DNA from: Chromera velia
Taxonomy: Eukaryota
DNA length: 50,284 nt
Assembly (NCBI GenBank): GCA_018398765.1
Contig: JAHBMJ010000340.1
Location: 1 to 50,284 of the forward strand
Reading direction: 5' to 3'
The position numbers and the translations under genes were made by a program. Shown in pieces: positions 24,773 through 37,533 of the stretch (position 1 is its first letter; each line of letters opens with the position of its first letter). The notes beneath the pieces were generated by a model. That model was not told the origin of the DNA and did no database searches. It saw nothing but the letters and a program-made list of their open reading frames with translations.

Positions 24773-25847
24773 CTAGGTCGGGCCGGGTCGGGCGGACCCG
24801 GCCAATGAACTCAACGTTTTTCTATTGTTCCTGTCTTTCCTCACTGGCAATCAACTTATTTACCTTAATTGGCATTTGACACAGCTAATTTCTTCCGTTC
24901 CTGGCCACCTCCCAGGCCGTCTCTTCTTCCCTCACAGTGACTGGCAGTGCGCCTTTCCTTCACTTTCCCCCCTTGGTCTTCCCACACATGTTCCATTCAT
25001 CCTCCTTCCCCTCTTTTTCTCCCTTCCTTTCTTTCCCTCCCCTTCCCCCTCTATTTTTGCTGGTCTTCTCCTTCCCATAAAAATACTTTTCCGTACATGG
25101 CTCCTTCGGTGTTCCTTCCGTTCCCCGCGGGGGCGTTCAGGCCCGTAATACCATGGGACTTTAAAGACATGTTGAACGTATGGTGGTCTCTGCACAGCAC
25201 GACACGGAAGTGTCTCAATGATTGACTAAGACTATTTATTAATAATGCCCGTAAGTGGGTTACATTTCCAGCGGAGCCCGGATTTGGCCATATGCCGTCT
25301 CATACGTCTAATACTAGATCTATTTCTATCACTGCCTGCCACTGCTAGTGCCCTAGCTAGTGCCAGTATGCGTTGTGGACGAGTAACTACTAGAATATAT
25401 AAATGGTGGGAGATTGGTTTGTTGTGTGCTATGCAGGTTGTGTCTTTTTCGAGGTACCTCCGTCCGGCGTGCGTGCTTAAGACTAAAGCGAAGGGGCCGC
25501 CTAGTCTTGCAAGCCTTCAAATGCCCCATGGAACCTAGGTTGAGTGAGCATTTTGCATGACATGGGGTTATCATCAAAGCTTTGCTAGTGGCTTGGGGTC
25601 TGGTATTGCTGGATTTAGGATTTAACCCTCAATCATTCAATTATTCATTCATGCAGTTAAACTTTATAGGTTAATCTGAGAATTAATTAGTTTAATATTA
25701 TATGATAAATAACCTACTTTACTGATTGAAGTCAATCAAAGTATCTGATTAATTATAAAATTAAATTTAAGATGTTATTTTAGATAGATTAAGATTAACA
25801 ATATAAAAAAGTTTATTTTATGACCCGTCTCACCCGGTCCCACCAAG
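24773..25847. mobile_element. Candidate non-autonomous DNA transposon with degenerate ~26-bp TIRs
   Basis: Left end CTAGGTCGGGCCGGGTCGGGCGGACC versus reverse complement of the right end CTTGGTGGGACCGGGTGAGACGGGTC (18/26 identical). Abuts the end of the duplicated segment at ~24770. No clean TSD. Confidence 0.4.
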
Positions 25848-26780
25848 TTTAGCAACTGTGACGTTATTACTAATACTTTTAAAACATTTAAAATGATTTA
25901 ATTAGGAAAAAAACGGAAAACATATTTTAATAATCACTAGAATAATCATCGTGATGATGATGTAAAATAAATTTTTAAAAGATCTCAAATTATTTTATAA
26001 ATGCCAGTGATTCAGTAATTCGATTAGTAATTCCGTACTAATATTAATACTGCATCAATTGTAGATTATTCCGATAAAAAGAATTAAAAATGTTGAATAT
26101 TGTTATAGTAGTAAGAATTAAACAGTTCATTCCAACTGCTTCGATTGCGCGTTGCCATAAAAATAATGCTAGACGCCTACTACTACGTCACCTAAAAATA
26201 GGCTAATAACGACGGCGACGTCACGGCGTATCATACCATATAATAATAATAATAATAATAATATGCTCACTAGCTCCCATGCATGCATGAAAGCATGCAA
26301 GCAGGCATGAAAAGGGGTGTGGTCACAAGCTAGAACACCACCGTGTCTCTCCAAGGATTCTACGAGCAGCAAGCGTATCGCTATCTAGTATACTTACTCT
26401 GCTCTTTTGTATCACTGCTGAGATAGCAGATCGACCACAAAGGATGACTAAACAACCTGTCAAATGGGATTCTTCTCCGTCTTTGTTCTCTTTTAACTGT
26501 TGTGCACCACTATCTCTGTGTGTCGATGGGTACAGAGAAAATTTACTGCTCTTTTTTGACCCCATGATGAGGGAGTACTTCACTGATACTCTGTGCCATT
26601 GCATAGGTGATCATGTCAGCGCTTGAAGAAGATGAGAGGCGATACATTTAGCAAGTGCTGCAACTGATAGGTTACCTGACTTGAGAGATCGGTTGGACAA
26701 GCGCACATCTTTTTGCTTCTTGAGAACGTGTCGTATTCTATTTCTCTTGTTTCTGAAGGTTTCGTCTTCTCTGCCGATCT

Positions 26781-27150
26781 GAGCACCATGCTGTTTCTCC
26801 CCATGAGCCACACAGCATGAGAACAGCATGGATGGAAGGATAAAAAAAAACAAACCCTCGTCAGTTCATGGCCGTTCTGAGTGAGCATCATGTTTGTTTC
26901 TCCCCGTAAGCCACACAGCAGGAAAACAGCATGGATGGAAGGACAAAAACAAACGAACCCTCATCAGTTCATAGGCGATCTGAGTGAGCACCATGCTGTT
27001 TCTCCCCATGAGCTATACAGCAGGAGAACAGCATGGATGGAAGGATGAAAAAAAAACGAACGCTCGTCAGTTTATGGCTAAGCTGAGCACTATGCTGCTT
27101 CTCCCCGTGAGCCACACAGCAAGAGAAACAGCATGGAGGAACGAAGGATG
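26781..27150. repeat. Tandem array, 4 x ~100 bp, each with a long hairpin and an A-rich tract
   Basis: Units start GAGCA at 26781, 26883, 26986 and 27085. Each has CCATGCTGTTTCTC...GAGAA(A)CAGCATGG inverted arms. The first three continue with ATGGAAGGA, an A-run and CTC(G/A)TCAG; the fourth is truncated. Confidence 0.92.
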
Positions 27151-27815
27151 CTATTGCCTGCCTCACTGCAGCTGCTGCTTCAAGCTCCTCTGTTTCGTTT
27201 CATTCTTTTCTTAACTTCGCGATCTCTCATGGGGGAACGTTCCCTTGAGGCGCTCTGCAAACTCCAAGACTTAGTCCGCATATATGGGGTTGGGGAATGG
27301 GGGGCATGACATTGTACTTGGGATGGCAAGGTCTTCCAGAGGACCTTGTGCACCTAGCTGTGCACCCACCGCCACCGTCTGTATTACTTCACATGCAATT
27401 GGGGTATGCATACATCTATTGTAGATCGATACATGCAGGCTGTGGAGCCTCGATACATGTATAGGGACTGGAGGAGGAGTTGTATGGCAGCAGGGCCGGG
27501 TGGCACGGGGCAGGAAGGAGGCGCCGGACTCCATAGCTGATTGAATGGGGGGGGACTGCAGGCATCACGTCAGCTTCGCTCAGAGGGGGAGCACCGTGAC
27601 GGATGAGACGGGAGGGGCGATACCATTGGGGGGTTCTCAGGGTGGGGGTAAAGGAACGGGGGTAGGTATCTGTAATAGTGGCGTTTCTTTCTAGAATATT
27701 CTGGAAACGGTGGGACGACCTCCTTCTTTTCCTTCGTTTTCTTCAACTGTTACATAGGGAGAAAGGAGAAATGGAAGGGACCCTAAGAGAGGAAGAGAGA
27801 GAGACACACACACAC

Positions 27816-27851
<36 letters not shown>

Positions 27852-29105
27852 TATAGCGGTAGCCAGTGCACCCAATGGCATTTTTCATTCTATCTTCCCC
27901 CTCCCCTCTTTTCCCTTTATCTCACCATTAAGCATAAATTCAATGGTATCAGAGTATTCTTTGGTCATCACTGACAGTCCTTTTTTTCTTTTTATCCCCT
28001 CTTATCCCTCAGTCCGTACTCCCTTCCATATCTTGTCCCTCTAACGGTTACCGATCTGTTTCCTCTTCTCTGTTTGTGCGTAGTCACCCATGAAACTTTA
28101 AGGCATTCACTTTTCTATTCGTAGCCTCAGGAGAGACGGAAAAAAGAAGTGGCTGACAGCTTTAACATGGAGAAAGGAAGGATAAAAGAGTCCTAAAGGC
28201 ACTCCTCCATCTTCTTTCCTCAAAGTCAGTCCAGTATCTGTGTTTTGCCTTCTAGTCTTCTGGAGGACGGTCTGGACAGTCGAGAAAAGGGAGGCCACTG
28301 AGACCTGCCCTCCTCCCCCGCCACCCAGTGCTTCCTCCCATCATTCTTCTCCTAGTTACCTCTTTCTCTTCCTTGTCGGCCTTCGAAAAAATGGAGAAGA
28401 AAAACCAGAAAGGAAGCTGGATCCCCCCCCATACCCCAGTACAAGTCACCCCGGCCGCAGGGAAAAGCTCCTACTGGGCTCGGATGGCGAGCCAGGAGCC
28501 TGGCAGGAGGGCACAAAGGAGATGAGACGAGAGGGCGGCGGACCTCTCAACAGAATCAGAAGGCCAAGGAGGCCAACAAAAAAAGATACAAAGGCAACGC
28601 AAAAAATGAGGAGGTCCCTCATCTGAGCATGTCAGAGAAGAGCCTCAGTCTTCTCCCTCCACTTCTTCTGAAAGAAGCGCGATGTCTCCTCTCTCTCGAT
28701 CCCCTCGACCCCCAACCCTGCCTCTAAATCTGCCGGCAGTTCAGCAAAATGATTGTGCCCCGCAGGAGAGGGCGGAGGGGAGATGAGGGAACCAATTTCC
28801 CTGCCGGGAGATCCACGAGCAGAGGGCGGGGGGGGAATCTCAGAGCGGGGAAGAGACGTATGCCGGGGGCGAGTGGGTTGCTTTTTACCCCCCCCGCTGT
28901 ATAGGAGACCGGCGCTTTTCCGTAAAAAACTCGTAACGGTTCTCATAATTGGTAAAGAGTTAGAAGCTAAAACTTTGTGTAAGAACTTCAAGACGTTATA
29001 ACGATAAAAAAAGAACTATGGAACAATTTTTTTAAATCATTTCTAGAAATATAGGCTGCTATACAAATTTTGTGAGTTTTATACCGTGTTTCTTACTAGT
29101 CTGCT

Positions 29106-29747
29106 TTGACGTTTGGTGACGTCAAACTTTGGATTGCATCCATCCTCCCTGTGCAACCGCTGATGATGTTGGATACAGAGGTTTGGGGGGAGAAAATAGA
29201 TGAGAAGGAAGTCGAGCTCTTTCTCTGTCCACACACAAAAAAAGAACAAAGCAGATACCAGTACGTTGCTTGGTCAAGTGGGCATAGTATCCGTACCAAA
29301 CTGGCAACAGTGAGGGCGGAGATCATTAGACGGTTGCACCTTTGCACCCGCGAAGCAGACTTTAAGAAAGAAAAAGCGATGGTGCTGTCACGTTTTGCTG
29401 TAAGAGGGTACCTCTCCGTCCCTCTGATGAGTGTGGCATGGTCTATCTGTTTCGCAGACAGGGACGCAGAGAGAGAAAAAGTGTTTGGATCGATCGACCG
29501 ATTGAGAAAGGAATCTGACAAGATCCTTCGTTCAGGTTTGTCCCCTCTTGCGTCTTCGAACTGCTGCAGAAAGAAGAGCAGTGACAGAGAGAGATGTATC
29601 TTTCTCAAAGCAACACGCCTACAGCAGATTGAGCCAGGTGTCCAGCTTTTGCGTGAGAAGATTCAAGAAAGAACGCGCTTCTGTGTAATGATCGCTTGGA
29701 AAACCCCCCCCAACCTGGGGGCTTTCTTTCAGAAAGCATGGCAATAA
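29106..29747 (+). mobile_element. Penelope-like retroelement fragment (RT thumb/linker, 5'-truncated)
   Basis: YQYVAWSSGHSIRTK...EIIRRLHLCTREADFKKEKAMVLSRFAVRGY matches the PLE post-RT motif (Y..xS.H...K...E/Q.IR....C.....F..E......F..RGY). MIAWKTPPNLG matches the PLE linker motif (vay+r..NL). The catalytic YxDD core is absent from the window. Confidence 0.72.
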
Positions 29748-30047
29748 CGCCTGAAGAACAAAAGAGAGAGAAAGAGGTAATCGGTTGTAATTGGTTGTCC
29801 CCCATTTGATTGAACTGATTCAAACCTAGGATTCAAACGCGCGTATGCTTTGTTTAAGTTCATCAATGATCGTTCGAACGCTCATCTGTTTAGATAAAAT
29901 GAGTTGGAGGCCTTTTTTTCTTTTATTTCTTCTTACGATACTGCTGCAAGAAGAAATAAAAGTTATAGCCCTTAAGGCATAACCCCTAGACACCTCTCTA
30001 TATACTATACCACCCCCCCCCCCCNNNNCCCCCCCCCCCATATTTAG

Positions 30048-30470
30048 ACCCCTATGCAGTAATGAACAATTAAATTTTTATTGCAATTAATTGAAAAGAA
30101 AACGTGTTCTATACTCAAACACATGCTGTGAATACCTTGCGTAAAATAGATACCAAACCAGAAGTTGTTATATATATAATATTATAGGTATATATAACAA
30201 GTTAATAACTTAACAGCTATTTTTCACCTCTAATCCAGGTCGAATGCTAATTTTTTGTTGTGTACTGACTTGAATTTAGTCTCAAACATTGAATAAAGCC
30301 CAACAAACCCTCTATAACTTATATATTAGCCTTAAATAAGTCAATTTTTTAATATATGGGCAATTATTGGCAATTAATTGCAATTATTGCAATTATTGCT
30401 TGGGTCCAACTGCTTTTAACAATTAAATTGCAATGTGATTGTACCATGCACTGCGCATAGTATATAGGGT
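30048..30470. mobile_element. Possible MITE-like relic with CAATTA(A)TTG palindromic repeats
   Basis: The ends resemble each other in inverted orientation (CCCTAT..GCAGT..ATG.ACAAT...TTGCAATT.AATTG), and TGCAATTATTG motifs cluster at 30080-30093 and 30359-30435. Confidence 0.3.
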
Positions 30471-30960
30471 GCGTGCCTAGTTATACTCCGTTCTTCGCTT
30501 ATGCCACAAGTTACAACTTAACTTAACCTTAAGCGTAAAAAGCTTACACTGTCACTCCCTAGGTCACTCCTTATTCGTCCAGTAAAGAATCGGGATAGTT
30601 AAGTAATTAAAAACCCAGTTAAAAACTAGATCAAAGATTATTAATAATTTATTATTAAAGTCCTAGTTAAAGTCGCACGAAAGACAACTTAGATAACAGA
30701 TTCCCACGTGACAAGTTTTAAAAACAAATTAAGAACTTGAAAAAAAAAAATCAAGAAATTTAAGTGTGTACCCACTGGCAGTACGTAACTAGGAATGTAA
30801 TACATTTGTGGTAACACGTACCTTGTCTCCTACTTGTCCCAGACTTGGTCAGATTGCTAGTCAGATTGATTTGGATTTATTCAGATTGGTGCACACTATG
30901 GTGCAGTGCACTGGCAACGTGCATACTATACGGTGCACATGACTGCAATTCGTTTTGTTA

Positions 30961-32966
30961 TCAGTCTAGCTCTATGAGAACAAACTTTAAGTATCTCATT
31001 GCAAATGAGCTCAAAGGGAAAGGATGATCCCCAGCCTGTTGTCGCACCTCTATGACCTTTCCTGTCCTTCCAGCTGAGCTGACAGCGGATTCACATATTT
31101 CCATGAATCTCTCCAGCCTCAAATGGGACGAACAGGAACTGAGGGCCAAGCATCCCCCGCTCGCGGTCACACGCGCCGCCATCTCGAACAACTCCTTGTA
31201 CTTCTTTTCTGCACCCATCAGCGATGCGCGACTGCAGACAGGGAGGAAACAGGCGAATGATCTACTGGTCCGGTAAGCGCATGCGTGGGGATCAAAGGGA
31301 GAGAGTCCCTCCCGGCAAGAGCCGAATCGCCCTGCGACTTTGTTTACGACAACGTATTGATATTCATAAATTCAGGTTAGGTCAGTTCAGATGCATCCGA
31401 TGCAAAGCCACAACCAGCTAGCGCACTCAATTTTCACTGTGGAAGGAAGGAAAATGCATGCCTGCCTGCCAAAATCACCCAACCGGTCGACCCGCAGGAG
31501 AAGCAGACCCCCAATTGATGCGATCCGCTTTGTGCACACACACAACAAACACACAGGCATACAGAATGAAGACTTCATATTCCAAGGGTCCGGAAAGAGA
31601 GGAGTCTCACGCACTCATACCCGCGCGCAATGAGACAAAAAAACACGTAGTAACCGAGAGACTGCACAACGCTGACCGACCGACCAAACGACCGACCGAC
31701 CCACCTGCACGCAAACGAGGGCGGGTCGACGACAACGACCTCCCACTCCTTCTTCTTCACCTTCACATCGCCCCCGCCGGGGACGCCCCCCAAGTCTTCT
31801 TTCTGCAGCATCGCCTCCACCCTTTCATTGAATTCCGTGGAAGATTTCAAAAATTCCAATGCATCCCCCACCACAGGCAGATGCCTGCCCGGACTCAACC
31901 CATTCCTCTCCCACACCGCACGCGAGGCCTCGATGGCCCCCTTTGAGGAATCCACTGAGGTCACGTGAGAAGCCCCCCCCTGTCCGGCCGCCACAGAGAA
32001 CCCCCCATTGTACGCAAACAAGTTCAGGACCCTCTTTCCCCCTGCTGCGATCTTTCGAATTATCTGTCTGTTCTCTCTCTGATCCAGAAACGCCCCCGTC
32101 TTCTGCCCACGAAGGGGGTCGCTGTGCATGACCATTCCGTTTTCATAAAATTCAATAGGATGTTTCAGCAGCACTTCCACGTCCTTCGAAGGGCACGAGG
32201 AAGAAGAGGCAAGCAAACTGACAGATTTGCGACTGGCCCCCTCACCTTCTTCCCTGCCCGCCCCCTCAGTGACACCCCCCTTGAGGAACACAGCATCTAA
32301 CCCATGCAGCCTGTCAACCAGAAACTGCCCGATCCCCCCACCGTCATAGAATCCTGCTGGACCGGCCCCATCCAGACGAACTACGGCGTACGGGCCGTAT
32401 CTGTCGATTACCAATCCGGGCAAACCGTCTCCCTCCCCGTTCACCAGTCTGTACCCTGTTGTCACACTCACCCCCTCTCTTTCTCTTTCAGAAGACACTT
32501 CTTCCAGAGATCGGGACGGAGACGGAGAAAGAGAAGGGGGCCGCAGCATCAGGTGACTCGAGACGCCAAAGAGCCTCTCTCTGAGGTCCAGCGCTCTCTC
32601 GAGTCTGGATGCGATCAGAGAGGAAGAGACTTCGTTGGGCTCAGATTTGTGCCATTCTTCTGTTTCTTCTTGTCTCTGCCGCCTGTTCAACAGCCGATTG
32701 CGACGTTGAGGAGAGTTGTACAGGCTCAGCATTCTGAAGGCGAGAGGGGAGCTGGAGTCATAGAGACCCAAAGCCAACGGCTTCCCGGCTTCATCCTGAC
32801 AGACAGACAGACAGACAGACAGAAGACAAGAAAATTGCAACCTATATGCACATCCTGCATGCACAGGGAACACACTGCATGCATACGCGCACTTCCTCCC
32901 CCCATTTCCCCCTCCCCCCTCTATCATGTCCAAACAAACAAACACCCGCACTCGCACGCACACACA

Positions 32967-33010
<44 letters not shown>

Positions 33011-33950
33011 TTCTCTCATTTTTTGTGCTCTCTTCCACCTCTCCTTCCATCAAAAGTTCGTTCGTTCTTTTGTCTTTCGATCAGCGGACTAAGGCTCCCT
33101 TCAAAGAGAAGAGATTTGCCTCTGGCGGCTGCATCGACATGCAGCTTGAAGAAGTTGGCTCTGACATTTTGAGGACACATTCCCCCCATTCATGCAACTG
33201 CATTCTCCCTCCCTCCCGAGTGAGTGTTTTAGTTTCCTCCGCCTGTCCAACATAGCTATGTGTGTGAACCGAACGAAACCTTCTGCTGACCTGAAGGAGA
33301 GCAAGACACCCAGGTGGCCCGTTGATTTTCCTCTTGATGGCATCAGAGAACACCCACGGGTCGCCCTTTCGTAGTGATTCCTTCGCACTTGATTGCGGAA
33401 CTAGACGAAGAACTGCGTGTGTGCAATCATCAAGAAATGAACAGACCTGGACATGATGACGTAGCATCTTTCCTTGCTTCGGTCCTTCCTTCCTCTTCTT
33501 TCTTTCTCCCTTTTTTTTTTGTTTCTTCCTTCCTTCCTTTCTTTCTTTCTTTCTTTCTTTGTTTGTTTCTTTGTTTCTCTCTTTTCTTTCTTTCTTTCTT
33601 TCTTTGTTTGTTTCTTTGTTTCTCTCTTTTCTTTCTTTCTCTCTTTTCTTTCTTTTCTTTTCTTTTCTTTTTTTCTTTCTTTCTTTCTTTCTTTCCTTCT
33701 TTCTTTCCTTCTTTCTTTCCTTCTTTCTTCCCTCCTTTCTTCCCTTCTTTCTTCCCTTCTTTCTTTCCTTCTTTCTTTCCTTCTTTCTTTCTTTCTTTCT
33801 TTCTTTCTTTCCTTCTTTCTTTCCTTCTTTCTTTCCTTCTTTCTTTTCTTCTTTCTTTTCTTTATTTTCTTTCTCTTTTCTTTCTTTCTCTTTTCTTTCT
33901 TTCTTTCTTTCTCTTTTCTTTCTTTCTCTTTTCTTTCTTTCTTTCTCTTT

Positions 33951-33981
<31 letters not shown>

Positions 33982-34649
33982 CTTTTTTTTCTTTCTTTCT
34001 TTCTTTCTGGTCACTGGGCGCACAGAAACACAGCGAGAACCCTGTTAGAGGAGTAAACGGAGGACCGCTGTGACAGTGGAGGAATGCTGGGAGGTTCTTT
34101 TTTGTTTGTTTGAACTGCACAGACGAAATAATCAAAATGTAGAGGGGGCAAGAAGGGGCAAAACAGCAGTCAATCAGAGGAGTGAAGGGCAAGGGAGTGA
34201 GGCGAAAGGGGACAAGGACACTCTCAGAGACGGCGTGCGTGCTAGAAACCTTCACGTGTTCTAGAACTATCAACTGAATCTGACCGACCAACTGGGCGTT
34301 TTTGAAGGACATTTGAGCGGATCAGAGAGCGTCTGGCTTTCTGTTTTTGCCCCTGCCCTGTTCCTTCAACACTCTTGCTTTCTCTTTTTGTCTTTCGGGT
34401 GTATGCCGTCTCCGACACCGTCTCTGCGGTCAGTCCAAAAGCGTCTTTGGTGGAGGCTGCGAGTGAAGGGCCAGCAGGAAAGACAACCCCGAGGGGACTT
34501 GGGGAAAGTCTGCGCGAGGGGAAATGCCGGCTGCTGGGACTGCGGCAATGGAAGGCGGAGGTGTAGGGTGTGTGACAGAGGCTGAGCACACTGGCAAGCA
34601 AGAACCAAACGAAGTTCTGGTTCTTGTGGGAAGGTGGCAGAAAAATCAT
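30961..34649 (-). CDS. rlmI: RlmI/YccW-family class I SAM-dependent rRNA methyltransferase with bipartite (plastid-type) presequence; 4 exons, 624 aa
   Basis: Exons 34649-34293, 33446-33291, 32795-31705 and 31231-30961 (phases 0, 0, 2). Motifs: PUA-like LRKGDPWVFSDAI, YRLVNGEGDGLPGLVIDRYG, GQKTGAFLDQRENR, VLNLFAYNGGFSVAA, VTSVDSS, VVVVDPPSF, SSCS, DHPFP...YLK. N-terminus: hydrophobic FVWFLLASVLSLC, then TSA-F, then an S/R/P-rich peptide. Confidence 0.92.
33490..34008. repeat. (TTTC/TTCC)n microsatellite in rlmI intron 1
   Basis: About 500 bp of CT-rich tetranucleotide repeat. Confidence 0.95.
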
Positions 34650-35347
34650 TTGGCAGTACAGGAAAATCGGACACACGCAGTTAAATCAAGGCTCCAGAGA
34701 AGGAAGCCTCCGAATGTGACCCGTCCAGGCGGTTCCCTTTGAGGCCAGGTCAAAAAGCCGTCTGCACCTCAGCTGTATAAGCAGCGGTGCTGTTAGTTCG
34801 CAGTTCAACACCTGGCTGCCGTCTCGTCTCCGTCCCGCGGAGCTACTGTCGATGCACTCTTGCAGTTCACGAATACAACAGTAGTTTTTGCTGCTGCAGT
34901 TCTCGATCACCAATCGCGGCTCTCGGGAATTGGCGATTGACGGTGATAGAATTGGCGGTTTTCGGGCTTCTGCATTGGTTCTTTCTTCGTCATCATGCAA
35001 GTCCGACCGCGGGTTGGGGCCCTCCATGGATCTCCATGGGCCCTCCATTGAAAGCCATGGAGAAAAAAAAATTGCTCTCCGGGCCCGGGGGCCCCGCGGC
35101 AGCTCTCTTTTTTTAGCCAAAATTTCATTGAATTTTGGGCTCAAAAATGCCGGCCATGCATGCACAGACTGCATGAGCTATATATGGCATCTCTATAGCA
35201 GCCGTTCTGCAGCCGTTCCACTGGAAGTGGGTTCAAATGACTGGTTCCCTCTGCAGAGGGAGTCTTCCCCTAGGTCTTGCCTTATTGATACCAACATTCA
35301 AATACAATCACTTTTTGAAAGTAGAAGGGTTTCACCTTCAAAACTCT

Positions 35348-35943
35348 TCACCATTTCACCCTTTTTTCTCCCCCCCATGCTCTTCTTCCTTCTTTCTCTT
35401 TTACACATATCGAATTAAGTCCCCATCCGTCTTGCACATATAGAAGCTGCACCAGGGTGCATGCATACGTTGATATTTATTGCCTGCTCCCCTCTCTTCA
35501 CATAGGGACCCACACATAGACCCACTTCTCTCCTCTTCTCTTCTGAAGGAGGGGGAAATTCACACAGAAGTGTGAGCTCATTCTTCTGCATGGTCTCGAT
35601 AAATCCCTCATTCCATCAATCACTCACTCATCTAATTTACCAACACACAACATACACTCACACATTGATCGTGCCTATATCGAATTTAGGTATTCCATCT
35701 TATCTATCCATTTATGCATCCGTGCACACATGCATGCAATCCCATGCACGGACCCATGCATCATGCAAAAAGGGAGACCAGACATATCCTTACTTTGGGG
35801 GAGCAGACGTATTTGTACTCCGGATCCATGTGGCTGCATGGAATTGGTTTCACACGGACTACGTGCAAATCAACGACTCACAATCAAAGAAAGAAAGAAA
35901 GAAAGAAAGAAAGAAGGAAGGAAAGAAGGAAGGAAGGAAAGAA

Positions 35944-35975
<32 letters not shown>

Positions 35976-36083
35976 AAAAAAGAAGAAGAAAGAAGAAAGA
36001 TTCATTGAATTTCATACTCCCGGTTTTCGTCCTGAGTGCTCTCACATCAATTGCAGGAGACAGATTGATTATCTTGAATTCCT
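35348..36083 (-). CDS. Putative micro-exon chain of an unannotated gene (3' part)
   Basis: Exon-like blocks with genome-typical splice sites: 35833-35794 (ATGCAG/GTAAGG), 35585-35526 (ATGCAG/GTGGGT) and 35446-35348 (GTGCAG, TGA). One joined frame reads HMDPEYKYVCSPK-KNELTLLCEFPPPSEEKRRE-LLYVQDGWGLNSICVKEK...; a second frame is also open. A further exon may lie at ~36083-36020. Confidence 0.35.
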
Positions 36084-36502
36084 AGCTGAGGAGGACAGGT
36101 GCCATGCAGACAAATCACCGGCTGCATCGATCATGCAATCGAATGAAAGAAAAAAAATGATGTGTTGTCACAAAGACCTTCTTTTTCAAGGATCGATTTA
36201 TGACAAAAGCGTGCCCCCCATGCAAACTTCATGAATGAATGCAAATACCCATGCCCCATACTTAACCTACATGATTTTTTGGGGGGGAGCGAACAAACAA
36301 ACAAAGAAAGAAGGTAGGCGATTTACCATGCATCGATCCATTCAACTTTCATGTACAGAAAAGTATATCAAGATGAGCTGTAAACGAAAGAATGGGAAGG
36401 AAGAGAGAAGTCTTGAAATAGAAATCAAATGAAGGGACAAAGAAAGAACAGAAAAAAGGGGACCGAAAAGACGATCGTATGCACTCCTACGCTCACAGAC
36501 GT

Positions 36503-36538
<36 letters not shown>

Positions 36539-36570
36539 TTTTTCTTTTCTTTCCTTCCTTTCTTTCTTTC

Positions 36571-36603
<33 letters not shown>

Positions 36604-36730
36604 TTCCTTTCTTTCTTTCTTTCTTTCTTTCTTTCTGTCTTTCTTTCCTTCCTTCCTTCCTTCCTGTCTTTCTATCTTTCTTTTTTTTTTTTTTTCTTTC
36701 TTTCTTTCTGTCTTTCTTTCTTTCTTTCGT

Positions 36731-36761
<31 letters not shown>

Positions 36762-37488
36762 CGTCCATCCCTCCGTGCGTCTTCTATTCATTGCTTCATT
36801 CATTCATTCAATTCATTCACTCATTCATTCATTCATTCATTCGCTCATTCGTTCTTTCATTCATTCATTGACCGTTCATGGATTGACAAAAGCAGTCACT
36901 CGCTCATTCATTCGTTCTTGAATACATCCGCCAACTTAATCTGTCTGACTGGATGTATCTGTCTGTGTCTAAACGTACATGCTTTGGAAGCCATCTGCCT
37001 TCCTTCCTTCCTTCCCTCCTTTCTTCCTGTCTGGAAGGAAATGTTTCGATCCATCCATCCTGTTTTGAGTTTTCATTCTTGAGAGAACTGGAAATTAAGG
37101 GAAGAATGAAGGAAGGGTGCATGGGCGGAAGGAAGGCAAGAGGGGTACGACTTGATGCATGCATTGATGCGTTTGAGGGCCGGTTTCTTTGATTCTGTCT
37201 GCTCAATTGACAGAAAGAAGCTAGGGCAGAAATGCAGAAGACAAAAAAAGAAGAAGAAAGGATAGAGGCCTGAGATAATTCAGGAGTCGATCACAAACGT
37301 TTTATCCCTTCATCACGGTCTCTGTTTCTCTCTCTTGCTTTTCTTTTTTCCTTTTTATCCTTAACCCTCGAGACTCCCTTTGCTTCTCCTTCCTGCCCGC
37401 CAACTGATGCAATGTATTTGTTTCCTTCCTTCCTGCATACGTCCTCGTTGTTGCCTCACCGTCTCTCTCTCTCTCTCTCTCTCTCTCC

Positions 37489-37533
<45 letters not shown>

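Noticed and set aside
26781..27150. CRISPR-like array
   Set aside because: The sequences between hairpins are homologous to each other rather than unique spacers, and the context is eukaryotic.
33374..34312. 200-300 aa Phe/Ser/Leu-rich or Lys/Glu/Arg-rich ORFs (also 36429-37082)
   Set aside because: They are (TTTC)n microsatellite translations; this one lies inside rlmI intron 1.
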